Of a stretch of DNA of 64,000 nt, positions 27,207 through 36,714 are shown one piece after another. A model generated the notes under the pieces. It was not told the DNA's origin. It searched no databases and worked only from the letters and a program-made list of their open reading frames with translations. The stretch spans positions 1,134 through 65,133 of the forward strand of contig JAGLCY010000030.1 in NCBI GenBank assembly GCA_023270185.1, written 5' to 3'. Both the position numbers and the translations under genes were made by a program. This DNA comes from Candidatus Krumholzibacteriia bacterium (GTDB lineage Bacteria > Krumholzibacteriota > Krumholzibacteriia > LZORAL124-64-63). The stretch's first letter is position 1. Each line of letters begins with the position of its first letter.

Positions 27207-29783
27207 ATGCGAATCCTCCTGGTAATGTTTCTGGCGGTGCCCGCTCTGGTTATGGCCGTCTCGCCCGTCGCGCTGGTTGGAATCCCCCTCGATCAACCCG
27301 GTAACCAGGCTCGCTTCAATGAAATTATAGGTGAGTTGGATGTGCTTACGATCAAACCGGGCTCCTTTGCCCGGGTGGCGGCCAGTGCTTTCGACCTGGA
27401 AGTCATGAGTGAAGCCGGCCTCACGTTTAATATCCTGAACCAGGACATGGAATCCACCTTCAGTTTCCCCGACAAAAGCCTTCATTACGGGGCTTATCAT
27501 ACCTGGAGCGAGAACATCGCATTCATCGACAGCCTGCGCCTGCTCTATCCCGATGTCATCAGTGCCAAGTGGTCCATCGGCCAAAGTCTCGAAGGCCGGG
27601 AAATCTGGGCCTTCCGAATTTCCGACAATCCGGATATAGACGAGAACGAGCCTGAGATCCTCATCGACGGCGCTCACCACGCCCGCGAGATCATGTCCTC
27701 GGAATTTCCAATCATGTTCGCCGAGTATTTGGCGCGTGGTTACGGTTCGGACACTGAAATCTCGTGGCTTCTCAACAACCGGGAATTGTACATCGTACCG
27801 ATCGTAAATCCGGACGGATTCATCTATAACGAGATGACCAATCCCGACGGTGGCGGAATGTGGCGAAAGAACCGCCGCGACAATGGCGATGGCACATTCG
27901 GAGTCGATCTGAACCGCAACTATACATACCAGTGGGGCTATGACGATAACGGCAGCTCCCCCACCACCAGCGCTTTGACATATCGAGGTCCCTCGGCCGG
28001 CAGTGAACCGGAGACCCAAGTCATGATGGACTTTATCAATAGCCGCAATTTTCGCACCCATGACTCGGTGCACACCTTCAGTAACGTGGTCATCTACCCT
28101 TGGAGCTACGTCGATGCCCCGGCCCCGGACAATGCGGTGCTGGCTTCCATGTCCAACGAAATGACCAGATACAACGGCTATCTTCCAGGCCAAGGTAGTC
28201 AGATCCTGTACTTCACAAATGGTGGCGCCAGGGATTGGGCCTACGGCGCAACAAACGAACACGCCAAGGTTTTCAGCTTCACTACCGAGATAGGAGGTTA
28301 TGGCGATGGTTTTTGGCCCTCGGAAGCTCGCCGTGACGAACTTTTCCAGGAGAACATCTGGCCCCACATCTATCTGATGCGGGCGGCAGGCGCCTTTGTG
28401 GCAGTGCACTCACCCGTGGTAACGCCCGACCCGGCCAAAACCATCGACCCCGGACAGTCCGGGATGTTGACTTTCATGGTACAGAATCAAGCTGCCTCCA
28501 CTACCAGCGCTCCCCTCACTATAACCTTGAGCTCGGATGACCCCTGGTTATATCTGGGCCAATACGAACGCTCGATCGCCGCTTTGTCGCCGCAGGGTTT
28601 CGATGACCTGACTGGCAACCCGATTCCTTTCAATGTGCATCCGGACTGTCCCTCCGGACACTTGACCGATGTGCTCATCACGGTGCCCATGCCGGAAGGA
28701 ACCAGAACTTTCACCCTGACTTTCCTGATTGGTGTCGGACAAAGCCTGCTGGTGGACAACATGGAAGGGGACACAAGCAATTGGGTATTCGATGATACCT
28801 GGGGTCAAACGACCAGCCAAAGTCATGGTTTTGGAGGTACGTCATTGACCGATTCGCCCGATGGCAGTTACAGCAACGAACAGTCCTCTGCCGCAACCCT
28901 GGTTGGCAGCTTTTACGCCACCGCCATTTCTTTCTGGCACCTCCACGTCATTGAACACGGTTACGACTTTGGCTACTTGCAGGTACGCCCCCTCGGTGGC
29001 GACTGGACCAACGTCGGATCGTATTCCGGTTTCCTGGGTGGCTGGACCCAGGTAACCGTTACCCTGGACCAATACCTGGGACAAAAGCTGGAAATCCGAT
29101 TTCTTCTGGAAACGGACATAGGTGTGGTCAATGACGGCTGGTATATAGACGATGTGGAAATATTCGGTCAATCCAACAGTAATCTCGCCCCTGATATTCC
29201 CCTGCCACTTTCCTCTGCCGGCGTTGACTCATCGCAGATACTTCGCGTGGCGGCGGGCCCGGATCCAGAGGGCAGTCAGGTCGTCTGCGGCTTTCGCCTC
29301 TACCACCGGATTGCGGGCCTCTGGAAATTGATGGCCGAAAGTGATGATATTCCCACGGTGGCCGAAGAGGCCTCCTGGACCACACCATCCCTTCCGGACG
29401 GAGAATACAAATGGCGGGCCTGGGCCGGGGACGGCGAAGTGCGAAGCGACCTTTCTGCTGACCTGGTCTTCCTCATCGACCACGTTTCAGCCGTAGACCA
29501 AATAGCCCTGGATGGTCCGACCTTCCGCATCCTGAGCGTGAAAGACGGGCGGGTTCGCCTGCAACTGAGCCTCGATAACGGTACCGACGTTGAGGTCGCC
29601 ATCTACGATGTACGCGGAGCCCGTATCCAGAGTCTGCACCGCGGCTGGTTGGACGGAGGTCTGCGTGTATTGATTTGGGATGGTTGCGATCGCGCCGGCC
29701 GCAACGCAGCCAGTGGCGTATACCTGGCCCAGGCACGGGTAGGCAAGCGGGTCCTTACCAACAGGTTGGTGCTTGTTCGTTGA
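27207..29783 (+). CDS. M14 family zinc carboxypeptidase with C-terminal T9SS/FlgD-Ig-like sorting domain
   Basis: Signal peptide. Zinc-binding HxxE (IDGAHHAREI), NPDGF, propeptide-like N-terminus. C-terminal ...GVYLAQARVGKRVLTNRLVLVR. Confidence 0.85.
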   Translation: MRILLVMFLAVPALVMAVSPVALVGIPLDQPGNQARFNEIIGELDVLTIKPGSFARVAASAFDLEVMSEAGLTFNILNQDMESTFSFPDKSLHYGAYHTWSENIAFIDSLRLLYPDVISAKWSIGQSLEGREIWAFRISDNPDIDENEPEILIDGAHHAREIMSSEFPIMFAEYLARGYGSDTEISWLLNNRELYIVPIVNPDGFIYNEMTNPDGGGMWRKNRRDNGDGTFGVDLNRNYTYQWGYDDNGSSPTTSALTYRGPSAGSEPETQVMMDFINSRNFRTHDSVHTFSNVVIYPWSYVDAPAPDNAVLASMSNEMTRYNGYLPGQGSQILYFTNGGARDWAYGATNEHAKVFSFTTEIGGYGDGFWPSEARRDELFQENIWPHIYLMRAAGAFVAVHSPVVTPDPAKTIDPGQSGMLTFMVQNQAASTTSAPLTITLSSDDPWLYLGQYERSIAALSPQGFDDLTGNPIPFNVHPDCPSGHLTDVLITVPMPEGTRTFTLTFLIGVGQSLLVDNMEGDTSNWVFDDTWGQTTSQSHGFGGTSLTDSPDGSYSNEQSSAATLVGSFYATAISFWHLHVIEHGYDFGYLQVRPLGGDWTNVGSYSGFLGGWTQVTVTLDQYLGQKLEIRFLLETDIGVVNDGWYIDDVEIFGQSNSNLAPDIPLPLSSAGVDSSQILRVAAGPDPEGSQVVCGFRLYHRIAGLWKLMAESDDIPTVAEEASWTTPSLPDGEYKWRAWAGDGEVRSDLSADLVFLIDHVSAVDQIALDGPTFRILSVKDGRVRLQLSLDNGTDVEVAIYDVRGARIQSLHRGWLDGGLRVLIWDGCDRAGRNAASGVYLAQARVGKRVLTNRLVLVR

Positions 29784-30028
29784 TGACCTCAGCAGTAAAC
29801 GGTTTCAAAGAATTTCAATGGAGCTAGTGTGTCCCGATAGGACCACCAAGCGGTTGAACTTCCACAATACGACAACTGACTCGGTCGATCAATTGGACGG
29901 AACACCGCACCATTCGCGCAACATCCCATGGTGATCGGTTGTGGCTTTGAAATTGTGTCCGACAGGATCGACGGCCTTTGCGCTGGTCCGAGTTCGTTCG
30001 GGGTGCTTCAGAGACCAAGGAGTGAATC

Positions 30029-31027
30029 TTGGCAATCGACTTCCAGGTACTTGGTAAACCCGGCAGGGACAATGCCCTGTGGTTGCGCATCGATTCCGGG
30101 AATTCCGTTTCACGATTGCTGTTCGATTGTGGAGACGGCTGTCTTTCAGACCTGTCCCTCTCCGACATTCAGGCGACGGATCACTTGTTCTTTTCCCATC
30201 TGCACATGGATCACGTCGGAGGTTTCGATTCGTTTTTCCGCTGCACCTTCAACCGAGACACGAAACCGAACATGGTCTGGGGGCCTGCCGAAACCTCAAC
30301 CATACTTCACCATAGATTTCGTGGATTCTTGTGGAACCTGCACGAGGGACAGCCGGGCACCTGGCTGGTCAATGATGTCCATGCCGATCGCGTCGACCGC
30401 TATCGATTCGAGTTGTCCGACGCTTTTCAGACCAGGCATCTGGACAAAACCACCAAGCCATCCAACGCGATTCTCGAAGAGAAGGATTTCTCGGTTCAGG
30501 CTATCCAACTGGAGCACAGGGGTCCTTGCCTCGGATATCTCGTCAGGGAAAACCCCAGGCTGAACATCCTGACTGACAGACTTTCAGGAATGGGTCTTCT
30601 TCCCGGACCCTGGCTTCAGGACCTCAAGTCCGATTCAAAAGTATCCGAGATTGAAATCGAGGGAAAGACATGGAACCGCCACGAATTACGAAAGAAACTG
30701 TTGGTTGAAACCCCTGGGGAATCCATTGCCTATCTGACGGATTTTCTTCTGGATGAACCTGCGTTCGTTTTGCTGACGTCGTTGTTGAGTGGCTGTGATA
30801 CAGTTCTTTGCGAGGCACAATATCGCCATTCCGATCTTGAACTAGCCCTGCGCAACTACCATACGACTACGAAGTTGGTTTCCCAACTCGCCGTGAGGGC
30901 AAAAATCGGGAGACTCGTTTTGTTTCACTTGTCCGACCGTTACACCGTGGCTGACCGGGCAGAAATGTTGAATGAATGTCGCGCCATTTTTCCCAACACG
31001 ACATTTCCGGACAACTGGGCCATCTAA
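30029..31027 (+). CDS. MBL-fold metallo-hydrolase (RNase Z/ElaC-like beta-lactamase fold)
   Basis: TTG start with AAGGAG 6 nt upstream. HxHxDH motif (SHLHMDHVGG) and downstream His/Asp ligands. Confidence 0.85.
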   Translation: MAIDFQVLGKPGRDNALWLRIDSGNSVSRLLFDCGDGCLSDLSLSDIQATDHLFFSHLHMDHVGGFDSFFRCTFNRDTKPNMVWGPAETSTILHHRFRGFLWNLHEGQPGTWLVNDVHADRVDRYRFELSDAFQTRHLDKTTKPSNAILEEKDFSVQAIQLEHRGPCLGYLVRENPRLNILTDRLSGMGLLPGPWLQDLKSDSKVSEIEIEGKTWNRHELRKKLLVETPGESIAYLTDFLLDEPAFVLLTSLLSGCDTVLCEAQYRHSDLELALRNYHTTTKLVSQLAVRAKIGRLVLFHLSDRYTVADRAEMLNECRAIFPNTTFPDNWAI

Positions 31028-31287
31028 CGTGATTAGAGCATCAGGGGATCAGGTCTCAGACTGATTCTCAATAGGGTAAAATGAACCCGGATTTGGCAGT
31101 TTGTTGGATTCTAGCGACAAGCATGAATTGAAACGGTACCTACAATGGATGTAGAATGGAATCAACTTTCTGAAAGAGGAAGAATTGGCGTTTGAATTTA
31201 CTATTCTCGTTCAAAAACTCACTTTGGCTCGATAAGCCAAGCAAGAACCATTGCTGTCCAAAATCGACCGGCCAAGAGGATTCAATC

Positions 31288-32013
31288 ATGCTCCAGAAAA
31301 TCCACGACCACATGGTGAATGAATTACAGAAGAATGCCCGAACCAACGCGATCTTCCTGGTTGCCGTGGCACTGGTTCTGGCTTTGTGCGGTTCGGCCCT
31401 GGCTCAAAGTGATTTCACGGCGTCCCTGCTGGGTACCGGGCACGAGGAACGCGAGGACGGCGTCGAAGGCTGTCTTAGCGAGTCCGGCTTCATCGCCGGG
31501 GTGTACAATGCCGTTACCCAGCTCCAGACCGGCGGCAACGGGTACGGGTGCGACTCCGAGTGGGGCGCCTTCACCGAGTTCGATTTCACCGGCATCGGCA
31601 CCAGCAGCGTCATCCTTTCCGTTTCTTTGTATTTACGTTATACCGGCTACGGCGACGATGCCATGGGACTACCCTATATCGGTGTCTACGGGTACGAATA
31701 CGCTGGTGGTCCGGTTGTCCTACCCCGCACTGAACTCGATGATCATACTGCGCTGGCCGTCTTCGCGCCGACGAGCACCACCAACGTCGACATCGCCGTC
31801 GACGTGACTGATTTCATCACGGACCTGGTGCTGGAAGGGACTTTCCAGACGGGCTTTTTCGTCTGCGGTGTGTTCTCGGAAGTTGGCTACAACGACATGG
31901 TCTATTTCGGGGGTTCGAACCATACGCATCCGCCGCGTCTGGTCATCACGACGGCCAACCCCGTGTGGAACGACCGAAGCAGCTGGGGAGGATTAAAGAG
32001 TCTTTTCCGGTAA
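31288..32013 (+). CDS. Secreted hypothetical protein
   Basis: Signal peptide NARTNAIFLVAVALVLALCGSALAQ. Start could be 31288 or 31309. No confident domain. Confidence 0.45.
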   Translation: MLQKIHDHMVNELQKNARTNAIFLVAVALVLALCGSALAQSDFTASLLGTGHEEREDGVEGCLSESGFIAGVYNAVTQLQTGGNGYGCDSEWGAFTEFDFTGIGTSSVILSVSLYLRYTGYGDDAMGLPYIGVYGYEYAGGPVVLPRTELDDHTALAVFAPTSTTNVDIAVDVTDFITDLVLEGTFQTGFFVCGVFSEVGYNDMVYFGGSNHTHPPRLVITTANPVWNDRSSWGGLKSLFR

Positions 32014-32344
32014 ACCAATTGGGCCTGGCGACCGGCGCTGTTACCCAGATTTCGTTGCCCCCGGAAATTCTTCCGTTTGCCAACATAGGCACGGACAATG
32101 TGGATCGCGCTCTTCCCTTTGATGAACCCGATCGTTTGCGATACCGAAATACGGGAAGCATCTCCAAGCCCGATTCCGAGGAAAATTCATTAGAAAATAC
32201 AAGGAGAGGTCTTGACGTAAACGGTCACCGGAAGTTAGAAATAGTCACCCCCACGCTGGCCACCGAAAGGGGGACAGAATTTGCCGGAGGTCACCAGATG
32301 ATTCCCATTTTTCGAACCTTTTCCAAGATGTTTGAGGCTGGATT

Positions 32345-33544
32345 ATGCAAAGAAACTCATTCTTCCTGATTTTCTTCGTCCTTATGCTTTCCGCTTGCTC
32401 CGATCAGCCGGAGCGAATTGAATTCCAATTCAAGACCATGGGCACCATCGCCCGGTGCGACTTGGAACTACCCCCGGAACTTTCCCCAGCTGAGGCCCGG
32501 AGCATGGCCGTTGCCATCTGCGATTCCGTGACTGCCGTATTCAACACCTGGCAAGAGAACAGTGAGCTAAGCAGGCTGAACAACGCCCCGACAGGAACGG
32601 CCATCCCCGTATCACCCTGGCTGCGAGAATGTTTGGCGGCGGCCGAACGTCTACACATACTGAGCGACGGAGCCTTCGATCCCACAGCAGAACCCCTGAT
32701 GCGCCTATGGGGGTTCTACCGCCAAAAAGGATGCCTACCGTCCCAGGCTGAACTGGACTCTGCCCGGGCCCTGTTGGGGAAGTGGGATCTCACTGGTTCC
32801 GGGGAAGTCACAAAAACAACCGCAGGCACCAGATTCGATCTGGGCGGCATTGCCAAAGGTCTTGCGGTGGATAAAATTGCACGGCGCCTTCAAAAGGCTG
32901 GAGTGGACAACGGTCTTATCGATCTGGGGGGCAACTTGTTCTGCCTGGGCGGAGCGTCTGGTCGCCATGATTGGCGGGTAGGACTGCGCGACCCCCTGAA
33001 CCGGGACCGGTACTTCGCCTCCGTTGCCATCACCGGCTTGGGGATATCCACCAGCGGATCATACGAGCGCTTCGTCACCATCGACGGCCATCGCTATGGT
33101 CACATCATGAACCCGGCCACCGGCCGACCGGCCGAAGGGGTATTGAGCGCAACCGTGTTTGCCCCAACGGCCCTTCTGGCTGACGGTCTGTCGACGGCCA
33201 TGTTCGTCCTCGGACAGGACCGAAGCCGGGAACTGCTTGGGGATTTGGAAGAGCACGTGGAGGCCATCCTGGTAATTCCTGGCCGAGACATGGGTCAGGC
33301 CCGGGTTCTGGTCACGCCGGGCCTGGCAAACAGGGTCACTCTTGCACCCGAGTATGAGGAATTATACCAACTGGTCACCTGGTTCCAGCCCGACCAGGCG
33401 TCAGCATTTATCCCGCTATCGACTCCGCATCCTCGGCGCGTTCAGCCTCCAGCTCCTGGTCATAGCAGTAGGTACCACAGTTCAAGCAACGCCGTGCCTC
33501 GTAACGGGCGTCCTCCTCGTCGATGGTTCCTTCGACTTCCTTGA
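32345..33544 (+). CDS. apbE: FAD:protein FMN transferase ApbE (lipoprotein) - flavinylates RnfG/RnfD-type subunits
   Basis: Lipobox LMLSAC. ApbE core (FDLGGIAKGLAVDKIARRL...LIDLGGN...ISTSGSYER...HIMNP). The C-terminal 45 codons or so overlap the convergent rnfB-fusion gene; the real end is uncertain. Confidence 0.8.
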   Translation: MQRNSFFLIFFVLMLSACSDQPERIEFQFKTMGTIARCDLELPPELSPAEARSMAVAICDSVTAVFNTWQENSELSRLNNAPTGTAIPVSPWLRECLAAAERLHILSDGAFDPTAEPLMRLWGFYRQKGCLPSQAELDSARALLGKWDLTGSGEVTKTTAGTRFDLGGIAKGLAVDKIARRLQKAGVDNGLIDLGGNLFCLGGASGRHDWRVGLRDPLNRDRYFASVAITGLGISTSGSYERFVTIDGHRYGHIMNPATGRPAEGVLSATVFAPTALLADGLSTAMFVLGQDRSRELLGDLEEHVEAILVIPGRDMGQARVLVTPGLANRVTLAPEYEELYQLVTWFQPDQASAFIPLSTPHPRRVQPPAPGHSSRYHSSSNAVPRNGRPPRRWFLRLP

Positions 33545-35498
33545 ACGTACCCAGGCGATCTTCCAGCGATACGACCGGTTCATGAACCTTGGGCCGGGGC
33601 AGCACCCCCACGAGGGAGTCGAAAATCGACTCGGGCACCAGACCCGTTTGCCGCTGCTCAATGGGCGGAATTTCGCCCTCGGTCATGTAATAGTGAATGG
33701 AACGAGCCACAAATCTGCCGGCGCTGATGGCCTCGACCATCAGCCCGGGGCCGGTGAAACAATCACCGCCGGTAAAGATGTACGGCACGTCGGTCTGCAG
33801 AGTTTCTTCCTTGGCATCGATGGTGTTCCAACGAGTGGTCGGAAGGGTTGGCATACCGTCTTTTTCCAAAAAGTCCAAATCGGGCATCTGGCCCACCGCT
33901 TCGACCAGAAGTTCACAGGGTATGACTTCCTCCGTCCCCTTGACCGGGAACGGCCGACGTCGACCGTCGGAGTCGGGCTCGCCCAGTTTCATACCCAGCA
34001 CTTCCAGACCTGCGAGATTGTCACCCTCGGTGATGAACCGGTTCGGTGCGCAAAGGAAGCGGAACTGAATTCCCTCTTCCTCGGCAGCCACAATCTCAAC
34101 AGGGTTGGCAGGCATCTCGTCGCGGGAACGACGATAAACAATGGTCACGGATTCGGCACCGGCCCGCAGCGAGGTGCGCGCCGCGTCGATTGCCGTGTTG
34201 CCGCCACCGATGACAATGGCGTGCCCCTTGACCCTGGTCAATGGATCCTCCTGAAACAGCTCCAGGAATTTGATCCCGCTGATTACACCATCGGGTTTGA
34301 TTTCAGCCAGGCCCAGTTCACGATCGCGCCAGGCGCCCACAGCCAGGAATATGGCGTCGGCACCTTCCGCCCTCAGAAAATCCAGGGTGAAGTCACGACC
34401 AAGGCTGACACCCGTTCTGACCTTGACACCCAGGTCCAGGATACCCTGGATATCCCAATCCAGAATGGCCTTGGGTAGACGGTACTCGGGAATACCGTAG
34501 CGAAGCATGCCGCCCAGATCCGGCATCTGCTCGAAGAGAGTCACCGAATGACCGAGGCGCCGCAGGTAGTAGGCCGCACTCAAACCAGCTGGACCGCCAC
34601 CGACAACTGTAACCTTTTTGCCGGTCTCCGGTGCTACCGGGACATGCAGCCGTTTGCCGGAATTCATCTCATAGTCCGCGGCAAAACGTTTCAGATAGTT
34701 GATGGCGACCGGTTCGTCCTCGATCTGTCGGCGACAAGCCAGGGAGCAGGGCTCCGGACATACGCGTCCGGTGCTCAAGGGCAGTGGATTGTTTTCCTTG
34801 ACCGTCAAAAGGGCCAACTCGAACTCGCCGTTCTTGATGTGTTCGATATACTTGGGCACATTGACCTGGGCCGGACATTTCTGCCGGCAGGGGGCCAGAC
34901 ATTCCGAATACCGGTTCCAGTGCAAAATCTTGGTCGTTTCGGAGATGATACTGATAATACCCTTGGGGCACGCACGGACGCAGGCGCCACAACCCACGCA
35001 ACGGGCAGGATCAAATATGGGCAGTCCCGCATCACCCATGGTGATGGCACCAAATTGGCAAGCCCGCACACAGGTGCCCAGACCCAGACAGCCATGATCG
35101 CACATCAGCGGCCCATGATAGAAGAGCATGGCCGCGCGACAGTCGTCGAAACCGCCGTACTCGTATTTTCGCGTGGCGCGCGCCCCACCCTGGCAATCAG
35201 GGCAGGCCACCTGGGGCTCGTTATCCTGCATTTCCATGCCCATAAAAGCGGCAATATCGCGGGCTACTTCGGTCTGGCCCACGACGCAGGCATTTACCTC
35301 GGCCTTGCCTTCGACAATGGCCGCGGCACACGCGGAACAGCCGGCCATGCCACAGCCGCCACAGTTGGCCCCGGGCAACAAGTCGAGTATGCCTTTGATG
35401 CGCGGATCTTCCTCGACGTAGAACACGCGGGCAGCCACGCCCAGTCCTACTGCTGCTATTACAGCTATGCCACCCAGAATCATCGCAGGTATCAACAT
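33408..35498 (-). CDS. rnfB: RnfB-like Fe-S subunit fused to a GltD-like (glutamate synthase small subunit / NAD(P)H-dependent FAD oxidoreductase) domain
   Basis: N-terminus has a TM helix and the RnfB cluster motif LPGANCGGCGMAGCSACAAAI. Two 4Fe-4S ferredoxin motifs (CVGCGACVRACP and others). Then FAD/NAD(P)-binding Rossmann motifs VTVVGGGPAGLSAAYYL and AIVIGGGNTAIDAART, typical of GltD/dihydropyrimidine dehydrogenase PreT-like proteins. Confidence 0.85.
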   Translation of the reverse strand: MLIPAMILGGIAVIAAVGLGVAARVFYVEEDPRIKGILDLLPGANCGGCGMAGCSACAAAIVEGKAEVNACVVGQTEVARDIAAFMGMEMQDNEPQVACPDCQGGARATRKYEYGGFDDCRAAMLFYHGPLMCDHGCLGLGTCVRACQFGAITMGDAGLPIFDPARCVGCGACVRACPKGIISIISETTKILHWNRYSECLAPCRQKCPAQVNVPKYIEHIKNGEFELALLTVKENNPLPLSTGRVCPEPCSLACRRQIEDEPVAINYLKRFAADYEMNSGKRLHVPVAPETGKKVTVVGGGPAGLSAAYYLRRLGHSVTLFEQMPDLGGMLRYGIPEYRLPKAILDWDIQGILDLGVKVRTGVSLGRDFTLDFLRAEGADAIFLAVGAWRDRELGLAEIKPDGVISGIKFLELFQEDPLTRVKGHAIVIGGGNTAIDAARTSLRAGAESVTIVYRRSRDEMPANPVEIVAAEEEGIQFRFLCAPNRFITEGDNLAGLEVLGMKLGEPDSDGRRRPFPVKGTEEVIPCELLVEAVGQMPDLDFLEKDGMPTLPTTRWNTIDAKEETLQTDVPYIFTGGDCFTGPGLMVEAISAGRFVARSIHYYMTEGEIPPIEQRQTGLVPESIFDSLVGVLPRPKVHEPVVSLEDRLGTFKEVEGTIDEEDARYEARRCLNCGTYCYDQELEAERAEDAESIAG

Positions 35499-35514
35499 GC
35501 CTAGAACTCCCGAA

Positions 35515-36099
35515 TCAGTTGGTCATGCCCGCAAAGCCCATGAAGGCCAGCGACATGACGCCTGCAGTTACCAACGCAATGGCCGTTCCGCGCATGGCGA
35601 CCGGAACCGATGAGATAAAAAGACGCTCCCGCACACTGGCGAAGAGAAGAATTGCCAAAGCAAATCCCGCCGCACTGGACGCCGAGAAGACAATCATTTC
35701 CACAAAATCAAAACCGTGTTTGATGTTCAAAAGGGCTATACCCATGACCGCGCAGTTGGTTGTGATCAACGGCAGGAAGATTCCCAGCGAGTCGTACAGA
35801 CCCTTGCTCTGCTTCTTGATGAAGATCTCCACGAACTGTACCAAGGCAGCGATGACCAGGATGAAAACCAGGGTTTTGAGGTACTCCAGTCCCTGTGGTT
35901 CAAGTAGGTAGTGATATACGATCCAGGTAAAAATCGAAGCCAATGTGGACACGAAAATGACGGCCACACCCATACCGATAGCGGGACCCAGCTTCTTGGA
36001 CACGCCGCAGAAAGGACAGTTGCCAAGGTACTGCGCCAGCAGGATGTTATTGACGAAAATCGAGCCGATAACCAACAGAAACAGATCCATGGTATTCAC
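35515..36099 (-). CDS. rnfA: Rnf complex subunit RnfA
   Basis: Near-collinear with E. coli RsxA (LVNNILLAQYLGNCPFCGVSKKL...LGIFLPLITTNCAVMGIALLN...LMSLAFMGF). Confidence 0.9.
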   Translation of the reverse strand: MNTMDLFLLVIGSIFVNNILLAQYLGNCPFCGVSKKLGPAIGMGVAVIFVSTLASIFTWIVYHYLLEPQGLEYLKTLVFILVIAALVQFVEIFIKKQSKGLYDSLGIFLPLITTNCAVMGIALLNIKHGFDFVEMIVFSASSAAGFALAILLFASVRERLFISSVPVAMRGTAIALVTAGVMSLAFMGFAGMTN

Positions 36100-36102
36100 C
36101 CC

Positions 36103-36714
36103 CTAGGTCTGGATAAAGAATTCGCCGCGACGACGACTCCACGCGTTCATCAGACCCAGCAGCAAACCCAGACACAGGAAGGCGCCGGGAGCCTGGACCA
36201 TGAAACCGAAAGGTTCGAAACTGTCAGGGAAAACCGCCATACCGAACCAGGTGCCGACACCCAGGATCTCGCGGATCGACCCGACCAGGGTCAACGATAT
36301 CGAAAAACCCAACCCCACACTCAGACCGTCGGCCATGGACAGATGCACCGGATTGCGCGAAGCAAAGGCCTCGGCCCTGCCCAGAATGATGCAATTGACA
36401 ACGATCAGCGGGATGTAGATTCCCAACTGTTGCGAGAGAGGGAAAAAGAAGGCCTTCATCGCCAGTTCGACGATCACCACCAGGGTGGCGATCACCACGA
36501 TATAGCTGGCGATACGCACCTTGTCGGGAATAACTTTCCGCAAAAGCGAGATGAACATGTTCGAGAAGATCAGCACAAAGGTCACGGCAATCCCCATACC
36601 AAGGCCGTTCTCGGCTGTGGCCGTCACGGCCAGCGTCGGACAAAGACCCAGAACCATCCGAAACGGCGGCAGATCACGCCAGAGACCGTGGGTCAGCGTT
36701 TGGCGAAAATTCAT
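36103..36714 (-). CDS. rnfE: Rnf complex subunit RnfE
   Basis: GLCPTLAVT motif and polytopic membrane profile homologous to RsxE/NqrD. Confidence 0.9.
   Translation of the reverse strand: MNFRQTLTHGLWRDLPPFRMVLGLCPTLAVTATAENGLGMGIAVTFVLIFSNMFISLLRKVIPDKVRIASYIVVIATLVVIVELAMKAFFFPLSQQLGIYIPLIVVNCIILGRAEAFASRNPVHLSMADGLSVGLGFSISLTLVGSIREILGVGTWFGMAVFPDSFEPFGFMVQAPGAFLCLGLLLGLMNAWSRRRGEFFIQT

Noticed and set aside
31027-31110. Weak hairpin ATCAG-N8-CTGAT after the MBL hydrolase gene as a possible terminator; similar weak candidates after moeA (52740-52790) and pyrC (53842-53880).
   Set aside because: Stems are only 5 bp with poor or absent U-tracts. Not convincing enough to call.
31965-32369. 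134-aa plus-strand ORF in the gap before apbE.
   Set aside because: No RBS and a low-complexity translation. It overlaps the apbE start region, so it is more likely the apbE 5' UTR or promoter.
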